The translations under genes and the position numbers were made by a program. The notes beneath the pieces are model-generated. The model was given only the letters and a program-made list of their open reading frames with translations. It made no database searches and had not been told where the DNA came from. 55,603 nucleotides of DNA from Perkinsus chesapeaki ATCC PRA-425 (taxonomy: Eukaryota; Protista; Perkinsozoa). The stretch covers positions 1-55,603 of the forward strand of contig JAAPAO010000192.1 of assembly GCA_013115145.1 (NCBI GenBank), given 5' to 3'. Of the stretch, positions 11,901-21,436 are shown piece by piece. Each line of letters begins with the position of its first letter. Position 1 is the stretch's first letter.

Positions 11901-13767
11901 ATGTCCTCGGCATTGACACCAAGGTCAACCTTAAGGACTTGAAGGCCGCCCCCACTGCCCAGAAGACCGCCGTCGCCGCTGCACCTGCTCCCGCTGCTGC
12001 CGCTGCCGCTCCCGCTGCCACTGGTTACACTATGGAGGAGGTTGCCAAGCACAATACCGAAAGCGACTGCTGGGTTGTCCTCAATGGTGAGGTTCTCGAT
12101 GTCACTGACTTCCTCCCTGAGCACCCTGGTGGAAAGTTGGCCATCATGACCTTCGCCGGTAAGGACGCCACTAAGGAGTTCAACATGATTCACCCTGCTG
12201 ATGTTGTCGAGAAGTACGTCCCCGAGTCCGTCCTCGGACCCGTCGTTGAGGCCTCTGCTGCTCCCGCTCCTGTCGCCGCCGCCCCCGTTGCTGCCGCTCC
12301 TGTTAACGGTTACACTTTGGATGAGGTTGCCAAGCACAACACCGAGAGTGATTGCTGGGTTGCTCTTAACGGACAGGTTTTGGATGTGACTGACTTCCTT
12401 CCCGAGCATCCCGGTGGAAAGCTCGCTATCATGACCTTCGCCGGTAAGGACGCCTCCAAGGAGTTCAACATGATCCATCCTGCTGATGTTGTTGAGAAGT
12501 ACGTCCCCGATTCCATCCTCGGACCTGTTGTTGAGGCCTCTGCCGTTGCCGCTGCCCCTGTTGCCGCTCCTGCTGCTGCCCCCGCCAACGGTATCACCAT
12601 GGAGGAGGTCGCCAAGCATACTAGCGAAGCTGACTGCTGGGTTGTTGTCAACGGACAGGTTTTGGATGTCACTGACTTCCTCCCTGAGCACCCTGGTGGA
12701 AAGTTGGCCATCATGACCTTCGCCGGTAAGGACGCCACTAAGGAGTTCAACATGATTCACCCTGCTGATGTTGTTGAGAAGTACGCTTCTGATGCTATCC
12801 TCGGACCTCTTGTCGAGGCTACCGCTGCTGCCCCTGCTGCTACTTCCAACAACTTGGCTCAGCCTCTCCTTAGCAACTACTCCTCCAGGGCGCTGCCGCT
12901 CAGTGGTGGGGTGAGGATCGCAATACCTGTGATATGCATGGTCCTCTCGGACCCTCTGTGTGGTCTTATTGCGCCGCCCTTTGCTACTTCGTCTGGATGT
13001 TCGTTCTTGAGACTTTGAAGACTATCTTCACTGTCAAGAACTGGAAGAACATCTCTGACAAGTCTGGTTTGAGTCGTTCTGCTATCTTCATGATGGTCTT
13101 CGTCACTATCCATGCTTTGGGTAATATCCACTTGTTCTTCGGTGCCATTCACTTCAACGCCTATGCCTACTTCCTCAACCATCCCTGCCCTTGGAGCACT
13201 CTCCTCCTTCCTGTCGAGATCTACCTCCTTGCCGCTGGTCTCTTGCACGTTACCGTCGCCACTGTGCGTACCTTCAAGTTCAAGAGCATGAACAGCAGCA
13301 TTGATCAGCTTTGGTTGTTCTTGACTGGCAGCGTTCTCTTCGTCTTCCTTGTGGTCCATCTTATGCAGTTCCGCTTCGTCAGTGAGGCTGCTGCTCCTCA
13401 GTACTACTTCCGTTCTAAGTGGATGTATCCCTTCTACTGCAGCAGTGATGATACCTCTTGCGAGCTCGTCCACTTCAAGGATCTCTACAAGATGGAAATG
13501 AAGTACTTCGAGAGCTTCGGCTGGGTTCTCTTCTACGAGGCCGGTGTTATCGCTTTCTGGTCCCATATGAAGGAGGGTATTCGCAAGGTCATCGCCGCCT
13601 ACGCTGGCATCCCTCGCAAGTACAAGTCTCAGGCTCAGTTCTTCGGCCAGCTCATGGCCTGGGTTCTTGGTCTCCTCTACTTCTCCTATCCCTTGTTCAG
13701 CTATTTCGCTCCCATCAAGGACTGGGCCAAGTACGATGCTGCTATGCCCACCCCTGCTGAGATGTAA
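8999..13767 (+). CDS. Fusion protein: 2x fumarate-reductase flavoprotein (flavocytochrome c3/Osm1 type), 3x cytochrome b5 and an SdhC/b558-like membrane domain; ~1,589 aa if one -1 frameshift at ~12886 is bridged
   Basis: Each flavin domain has VVGGGLAG, GGNSSKATSGING, VQVHPTG, AEALRG, ELGRRDYVS, VHYCMGG and HGNNRLGGNSL. Three b5 repeats have HPGG and FNMIH heme ligands. The downstream frame (open from 12874) encodes hydrophobic helices with four His: TIHALGN, LLHVTV, VHLMQFRF, SHMKEG. Confidence 0.9.
9719..11890 (+). repeat. Near-identical intragenic direct repeat, 9719-10414 vs 11195-11890 (offset 1476 nt)
   Basis: By eye, 696 nt with three synonymous differences (TAT/TAC, CTC/CTT, GTC/GTT). 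The 5' halves of the two domains are visibly more diverged. Confidence 0.92.
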
Positions 13768-14116
13768 GCAGCGAGTGACTCTGGGTTTTTTGCTGGATAG
13801 AAATTGATCTTATCTATCCCTCGGACCTCTGTGGTTCGTTACTGTTTTCCCCGTGTGTATGATTGACGGCTAATAAGTCGTCACTTGTTGTTTAAGTTAC
13901 TTCCACTACATAATTGGTTGTTCAGCCACCTTATCATTCTCTCCCTACCATACGGCATCCCCCCGACTTTATGGTGAATTCCGCTCGATGGTACGGAGAG
14001 TTTGAGTCAATCCTCAGTCACCCGTGTTGGGTCACGTATCTTCTTCAATAATGCTGTTGTGTTTTAATATGTAAATTACTAGTGAAAGAACAGTTATCCG
14101 ATGCCGGAAGAAAACG

Positions 14117-14449
14117 CAACAGTCTCTGTTATTCTTGTTGTTCATTTAAAACTGGCCATTCGACAGTCTCTATTATTCTTGTTGTTCATTTAATACNNNN
14201 NNNNNNNNNNNNNNNNNNNNNNNNNNNNNNNNNNNNNNNNNNNNNNNNNNNNNNNNNNNNNNNNNNNNNNNNNNNNNNNNNNNNNNNNNNNNATACTGGC
14301 CATTCGACAGTCTCTGTTATTCTTGTTGTTCATTTAATACTGGCCATTCGACAGTCTCTGTTATTCTTGTTGTTCATTTAATACTGGCCATTCGACAGTC
14401 TCTGTTATTCTTGTTGTTCATTTAATACTGGACATTCGACTGTTATTCG
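14117..14449. repeat. 44-bp tandem minisatellite interrupted by an N gap (14197-14292)
   Basis: The unit tactggccattcgacagtctctgttattcttgttgttcatttaa is intact at 14294, 14338 and 14382. Partial or variant copies flank it on both sides of the gap. Confidence 0.95.
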
Positions 14450-16900
14450 TTTCGACTAGCTAACGCAATGAAGCTCTCTCGGGAATGAAATCATGCAGCA
14501 TCATTTCAGTCGGGATACTTGGCAGTAAACTGGAATATCCTCCGTAACGGCGAGAAATCTTCAACTGAGTCCTCATCCCTGAGTAACATGACCACTCTTC
14601 TCATTAGACACTCTTACTCATCTGTCGCCTTCAATCTCCCCAGCGCCGTCAGCGCCACGGATTGCTTCCGTCCAGATAGAACCAAATGGCCGCCAGCAGT
14701 CGTACGGAACGGGGAAGGAGATGTACGTGTAATCTCCTCAGACCATCTGCCGCCGGCATCCCATCGACCCACACTAGCAGCCTTCACCTGTTCTTCTTCC
14801 CATCTGCTGGATCTTCGACACGACTGGCGTCTTCTCTGCATCCTTCCCGACCCTTCTCTTGCCCATAGGCGTTTCTGAAGGAGGAGCATGGACGAAAAAT
14901 CCCCTCCTCCTACGAACCTGGTTGTGAGCCTTTCGAAGACGTTCCCCTGCTGTGCAGCTAACCGAGCATGCTTCGTTATCTTCGGCACTGGCTCTGGACT
15001 AGGCCGCGTTGGCTCCGGCTTTGCGCCCCCTGTCGGACCGCAGTCCCGACGGCTTCTACTATGGGATGGATGAGGAGTGATCTTGGGGGCGAACGTTGCC
15101 TGAAGTGACTCCGAAGAGGCTCCCTCAGAGATGCGCCCATTACACCTTCCATGTTAGCAGCTTCAATGACTTTTCTTTTCTCTTCAATCTTCGCCTTTGA
15201 CACTTCCGCCGCTCTCAGCAACCTGCTCATCAATAGAAAACTCTCCAACTCAAACAGCCACTTTAATCGTATCTCCTATATTTCACATTCAGACAGCATC
15301 ACTGTGCCGAGCACGAATATTAGCATTCTCTTCACTACGTGTAGATAGTCGAATGTAAGTGAGCTTCACTCCCCTCTAGACTATCAACCCCACCATGCGT
15401 CACAGAATGCTTACATCTATCACAGAAGTGAACGATGGTAGAGCAACGATCCTCGCTTAGCTATACCGCCCGCGTTACCTGTCGCTAACTGGAAGCTCCT
15501 CTCTCTTTTGCCCCCGTCTAGAATATATATTAGGAGCAAATGTGCAAGTAGCCTAATGCCACAGTAGTTGGGACGTTATCCGGCAGTCCCCACTTTAAGC
15601 TCTGCTTCATATTGCGCTTGCCTCTGCTCTTTCCGTCGCCGAACATCCTCCGCCCAAGCGCCCAAATCCCTCTGTGTCCGCGCCAGCGATCGACTTCGCC
15701 TATTTATCACCGGCGTGTGTCTGGCTTCCTCCTCCCTTCCGATGCGCTCCTTGTAACCCGCTATGGCCGCCTCGCGAGATGCCAATAATTTACTGGCGCG
15801 TGAAGCTATGGACGGCACGTCCGATGCCATTTTCCTAGACCTACGCCCTCTGCATTCTCCACACAGTATGCCATCTTCCTACTTGGGATCCACACGTGGG
15901 CGGCCTGTGACAGCTCTACGAAGCTCATCCTCGTATTCCTGTACCAACTTGTCTCTATGAGTCTCTCGAGCGGCACTGAAACCGTTATTGGTGCGCATGT
16001 GAAGTATAACGAAGCACGTGGAGACTTCGGGACTAGTTGAGAGAAGTATAGAGAATATGGACTGATAGATGTAGATAAGACTGGAAAGAAGTACAGGAGG
16101 TCATTCGACCGCGCCCCACTACAGACCTGTGCTGATTATACAGCCTATTGACAATCTTATCCACTTCAGCTTGAGGTGCCACTCGAGTAGCCGTACTCGT
16201 GCTATCCTCGCATATGCTGCTAGTCTTCGATCGACGCGATGGTGTACAAGGCAATGACACAGGAGCCGTCTGGATAATAGAAGATGCCTCAGCCAGAAAT
16301 ATGTCGGGAGGTCTCTTGTTGATGAGAAAGAAGTGGCGAACTTAATAACGTAGTATTGCGCACGATTGCCGCATATCATTGACTGTCAGTCCCAGAGAGT
16401 CATAAAGACGTCAAATATCTCTTGAAGATATGGATCTCACTACCATTAAGGGAAATTTAGTACCCTCGAGAAAAGCATTCACTTGAAGTTAGTTTGACCC
16501 CTTCTCAGTACATGCATTTTCCCCCGCTTCACGGCATGGGATGGTTGGCCGTAGACATCGTACGAACCAGCTGAAGTAGTCGAAGCCGAAGTCCGAGGTG
16601 ATGGGCTCAACCTGAGGGGCCATCTTATGCTACACTACGATGCTGAATATTCCTTTTCGATCTGTCTCACTATAGGCCATTACTCTCTCAAGTTTGGTAT
16701 AACTGTGAGGGCTGGCGGTGAGCCAAGTGGCGTCCTTTCATCATGTAGTCGACGCACTGCCACCCTGTGTCTGCGAGTTTGTTCCTGCTCCTCCCCCAGA
16801 TCCAGCAGCCTTGATACTTGCTGTGCTATAACCGATCGGAGAGGAGTAGTTGGCATCAATAAAGGGCTTCGAGATCCTTTCAAATACCCTCACCATGCAT
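14440..16900 (-). CDS. Multi-exon hypothetical charged/coiled-coil protein; boundaries approximate
   Basis: Colinear minus-strand coding-like segments: EEQEQTRRHRVAVRRLHDE; IVNRLYNQHRS; EEEARHTPVINRRSRSLA...RRRKEQRQAQYEAELK; AEVSKAKIEEKRKVIE; NVFERLTTR. They are separated by AT-richer intron-like stretches. Confidence 0.55.
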
Positions 16901-17966
16901 AATATCAATTTATTAATATATAATCTACATCAGCGACCACCCTACCTATTTCAGTCCCTCCGTTATTAACACTTGAGCTCCTCCAACTCGTAACACAACA
17001 AGGACCTCCCTCAAGTCACATTAAAAGTAGACAAGGAAACATCATGTACGATTGATGTGATAAGATACAGCGGTTGCCCCTATTACACGAACTACTCTGT
17101 AGTGTCCGATAATAATAGTAGTATGTGATGCATTGGGTATACAACATACCTCACGTTGTTTGATATATTTTCCCACAGCTACGGATTCTTCCTATTCGCA
17201 AACGGCTCTCAGTCCGCATTGGCTACAAACTACAGAGCTCCGCTCCTCGATTGTGCTTGTAATAACTCGCTCTTATTGTATGTTTCGCCGTTTTCGAAGG
17301 TGGCCCTATGAACATGAATGTTAATAGGGGTCCCGCGCCTATCCCTATGCAATCTGTGTCACAATGCTGGTCTCGAACGTGTCCAAATCGAAAAAGATTT
17401 CCGCAAACAAACTGTCTCATTCTCTGAGGCACCACTAGGGCACCAAAGCCCAAGCCGCAAAGGGCCTCAACGAACGATTGCATTATCGCCACATAAACGA
17501 CCCCATAAAGCGACGATTGTACACTATCAGGGAGATACCAGTGGCTCACTAACAGTAAAGTGTCTCGCGAATGGCAGTCGACTATCGCAACACGTGCGAT
17601 GATCAGACACTGCCGCAGCGAAGGAGGCTCTTGCCACATAAACGACCCCAGTAGGCGACGAACGCTTCCAGGGAGATACCAGTGGCGAAATCAAGGAAAC
17701 ACATCTTCGTTACTTTACCTGTTGACGGAAGCTAATAACTGTAAAAGGAGACAGCGGTTGTGTCGGCATAGCTAATTAGGTTCCAGAACAGCAAGATACC
17801 CGGGAAACAGTGAAATGGATTAATCGACTTGATCACCCAAAACAATGAAGGCGAGACAGAAAACAATATACAATTGTTAGTAGTTCGACTATAGGCAGGC
17901 CGAGCACAAAGCTCTCAGTATGCAACTGCCAAGTCCGATCCGAAACTAATCTCATGCACTCCAAAA

Positions 17967-20153
17967 TCACTCAGGGTTAACCAGTCGTGCCTGCTCCGCC
18001 TCGTAAGCATCCCAATCTCTTGCGGGAGAGAAATAGCAATATATTGGGAATGACAGATAACACAGGCCAACAAAGACCACTAGAATCTGCCCAACGGTAT
18101 TGGCGGCTCCCTTGTAAGCCCTAGGGATAACTGGATGAGCGTTAACGACCTTCCTCAAACCCTCTCTAACATGTGAGATGAAGAATAGGACACCGACCAG
18201 ATAATAGCACACCCAGAACGGACTGGAGAACAGTTGGAATTCCATCTTGTAGAGATCCTTGAAGTGGACTATGCCGCAAGAGGTATCATCACTGCTGCAG
18301 TAGAAGGGATACATCCACTTCGTACGAAAGTAGTACTGAGGAGCAGCAGCCTCACTGACGAAGCGGAACTGCATAAGATGGGGGATCAAGAATGCCAAGA
18401 GGAAGCATCCTGAAATTATCATCCACAATTGGTCCACCCCCATGCTGATCTTTTTGAACTTGAAGGTACGGACCAGAGCCACAGTCACATGCATCACACC
18501 ACATAGTAGAAGATAAATCTCTACGGGCAACATTAATGTGCTCCATGGAACCGGACGGTTAAGGAAGTAACCATAGGCGTTGAAGTGAGGGGCACCAGCG
18601 AATACATGAAGATTGCCTAAACCATGTATTACGGTGAAGAACAACAAGAACACAGCCGACCTAGTGAGACCTGATTTGTCGTGGATAACCTTATAGTTCT
18701 TAACGCTGAAGATGGTGGCGAATACCTCATAGAGAAGCATGCCTACCAAACCAGCGATACCACCGAGAGCTTGCCAGGTCTCATGTGATACAGAGGGTCC
18801 CAATGGGCCGTACCTGTTGGCCGTATTTCTCTCGACGCCCCACCATTGATTAACCGGGGCCTCGCTCTTGTCCAATAGCGGAGCCGACAGTCCTCCGCCA
18901 GTATCAGCATTCGGCTTTGGAGCCCCGAGTTCACCCACAAAGTAAGCTCTGCCGTACTTGTCCATGGTGCCTTCAGGGTGGATCATGTTAAACTGTTCTG
19001 TACCGTCCTTGCCAGCATATGCCACAATCGCCGCCACTCCTCCAGGGTGAATTGGCAACCACTTGGTAACATCATAAACGATACCATCGAGAATAATCCA
19101 ACAGTCTTTCTCGCTGTTATGTTTGGCCACTTCCTCTTCATCTAGAACTTCACCATTAACCTCATCTCCTCCTTCCCCCGCCACGGGGCCTAGCTCGTAC
19201 TTCTTGCCATACTTCTCGATCGTGTCAGGTGGATGTATCATATTCCACTCGTCAGTGGCATCCTTGCCTGCATAGGTCATGATAACAGTTTCTCCACCAG
19301 GATGCAGCGGTAGCCATTCGGTGAGGTTATAAACCATACCGTTAATGATAACCCAGCAGTCAGCCTCAGTATTGTGCTTGGCAACCTCCTCCGCAGTAAG
19401 ACCTGGCTCAGTGGCGCCTCCTAGAGGATGGCCGAGCTTGCCCACAATGTACTTCGACCCATATTGTTGCAGAACATCGAACGAGTGGATCATGTTCCAC
19501 TCCTCCGTCGCGTCTTGGCCAGCATAGCGGAGGATTGCTTCCGGGCCACCGGGGTGCTCGTCAAGGAATGGAGTGACCGCCAAAACGAAGCCGTTAACTG
19601 CAACCCAGCAGTCGTCTTTGGTGTTGTGCTTGGCAACATCCTCCAGACTGAGGCCGGTGTTCTTCTTAGACTTCTTCTTTTTCTTAGGTGGCACGTACAG
19701 CTTGCCAATGACACACTGCGGGCAGGTTTCCTCGATCAGAGACTTAGCGTGGACCGTGTTGTACTCAAGAGAACAGTCAGTACCGCCAAATGCAGTTATA
19801 GACAGTCGGCCACCAGGATGCTCCTTGAGGTACTCTGTTACGTCAAGAACTTCACCATTGATAACAACCCAGCAGTCATCTGGCTCCCTATGTCTTGCTA
19901 CCTCCTCCATGGTGATACCCTCACTGATCTTTCCTACAATGAGATCTTTATATTGATTCATTAAATGGGAATCATGTACAGTGTTAAACTCAAGTGAACA
20001 TTCGGTACCAGCGAAAGCGGTGATGGCCAGTGAGCCTCCGGGGTGGTTTGGTAGGTACTTAGTGCAGTCGATGACGTCGCCATTTACAGCTATCCAGCAG
20101 TCATCCTCGCGGTTGTGCTTCTTAACTTGTTCTAGGGTAAATGAACGCGACAT
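17967..20153 (-). CDS. Penta-cytochrome-b5 plus SdhC/b558-like membrane domain protein, 728 aa, intronless; paralog of the C-terminal part of 8999-13767
   Basis: Five repeats each contain KH/RH-x-x-x-x-DCW, HPGG and a second His (FNTVH, YNTVH, WNMIH, WNMIH, FNMIH). They are followed by QWWGVERN and a membrane domain with four His (VIHGLGN, VMHVTV, PHLMQFRF, SHVREG). First ATG is at 20153. Confidence 0.92.
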   Translation of the reverse strand: MSRSFTLEQVKKHNREDDCWIAVNGDVIDCTKYLPNHPGGSLAITAFAGTECSLEFNTVHDSHLMNQYKDLIVGKISEGITMEEVARHREPDDCWVVINGEVLDVTEYLKEHPGGRLSITAFGGTDCSLEYNTVHAKSLIEETCPQCVIGKLYVPPKKKKKSKKNTGLSLEDVAKHNTKDDCWVAVNGFVLAVTPFLDEHPGGPEAILRYAGQDATEEWNMIHSFDVLQQYGSKYIVGKLGHPLGGATEPGLTAEEVAKHNTEADCWVIINGMVYNLTEWLPLHPGGETVIMTYAGKDATDEWNMIHPPDTIEKYGKKYELGPVAGEGGDEVNGEVLDEEEVAKHNSEKDCWIILDGIVYDVTKWLPIHPGGVAAIVAYAGKDGTEQFNMIHPEGTMDKYGRAYFVGELGAPKPNADTGGGLSAPLLDKSEAPVNQWWGVERNTANRYGPLGPSVSHETWQALGGIAGLVGMLLYEVFATIFSVKNYKVIHDKSGLTRSAVFLLFFTVIHGLGNLHVFAGAPHFNAYGYFLNRPVPWSTLMLPVEIYLLLCGVMHVTVALVRTFKFKKISMGVDQLWMIISGCFLLAFLIPHLMQFRFVSEAAAPQYYFRTKWMYPFYCSSDDTSCGIVHFKDLYKMEFQLFSSPFWVCYYLVGVLFFISHVREGLRKVVNAHPVIPRAYKGAANTVGQILVVFVGLCYLSFPIYCYFSPARDWDAYEAEQARLVNPE

Positions 20154-21436
20154 CTTCAACACAGCGGCACACGCTTCTGGTTGCAGAAATATTGCACGAA
20201 TCGACCTCAAAAAGCGTGCGCCCGAGTCACCGATTTCTCACGGTGTCACAATAGTCACTATTGAATAGTGTCTCCTATTGATGAAAGCAGTAGACGACAT
20301 GTGAGGCTCGGAGTGGTTGGTGGTGATGTAGTCGTAACAGTACAATCAAACACGACAGTCAAACGTCACGAAGTTGGTGGGAATTTTGTAAGTGTTATTA
20401 GCAATAAGTTGGAGAGTCGAGACCCCATTCTGAACTTCAGAATCTGAAGCACCCAAGAAAAGGTAGCGACAAACCTAGGGTGTGAACTTCACACTGTAAA
20501 GGAGCTCAGGAACAGCTCATGATGAGCTGGCTCCTAGAAAAACAAATGATGGAGAGTAAAAATCTGTTACAGCCTGTAACAGATTTTGGACAAGATAGCA
20601 AAGAGTATAAGAGAGGTTATTAGAGAAGATTCGTAATTACACAACATGGAAATACAAACATAAGAGCAAGTGGCAAGATTTCGAACTAAAGATGAAAAGT
20701 TGCTCATCACTGTTCATGACAAAATATCGCTATGAACGGCGCATGGTGGCGCCGAAAATTAGAATGCCCCGGATCAAATAACGGCTGTAGAGCCCAACGA
20801 GAGGAGGCTATCCGTGAATAAAATATGACGGTACTCGTTGCCAGTAGTGCAAAAGACGTATCTTCTCGCAAAAGACGCGTACGTCCGACTGCGTACATGC
20901 TCCTGTTCACATTCTAATAGAATGATTCTATGTCGCCCAATCAACGAATACGGTCCCTGCCCAGTGGGTAGTGCCCACGTAGGACACGCTGAGAGCCAGC
21001 CGTTCTATCACCGCCGGTGGCTCACCGGTTCACACTCTAACGAGATTTGTATTGTGGCTACCTGCATCGTATGATATGGCCACTATAGGCGTCAGTTCGA
21101 ATAGCAGGAGGTAGCTCTTAGGTTTACATATTTGGAGTTCCGAGGAACACTGTCTTATTCCAAAGGAAGGTTATTGCCAGGCTGCATGTGCGGAGCTCGG
21201 AGCCTGAATACTCGGTAGAAATCCCACGGTGTAATTTACTGACGCAAAATACGAGGAGGTTAAGCAAGTTACTAATCCGGCTAGGACTGACATTGACGAA
21301 GCCTACCAGTTGAAACGGTTCCACTGAAACCTGAACCTATAGGCTGGGATTAACAGACTGCGGACTGAAAAAAGGAGGAGGTTAGCTCTGTAGAGCCTAC
21401 GGCGTAGACTGTTAGGCTAAGACTACGACAAAAAGC

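Noticed and set aside
9068-12760. 1,230-aa antisense ORF (plus 12877-13566 antisense) as a real overlapping gene
   Set aside because: It mirrors the sense gene's repeats codon-for-codon, has no recognisable motifs, and is explained by avoidance of TTA/CTA/TCA codons on the sense strand.
12781-12888. An intron as the explanation of the frame change in the fusion gene
   Set aside because: The nearest GT donors would delete the end of b5 repeat 3 and the PLL motif conserved in the paralog. The only GC-AG option is 16 nt and does not restore the frame.
14117-14449. CRISPR-like array
   Set aside because: Units are directly contiguous with no unique spacers, there are no cas genes, and the context is eukaryotic. 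The 55-bp repeat at the window end is rejected for the same reasons.
20154-20210. Upstream TTG starts in the ORF track (20210, 8981, 4314 GTT-region, 7927)
   Set aside because: These are near-cognate starts from a permissive ORF finder. In a eukaryote the first in-frame ATG (20153, 8999, 4326, 7903) is preferred, so apparent N-terminal extensions were not treated as targeting peptides.
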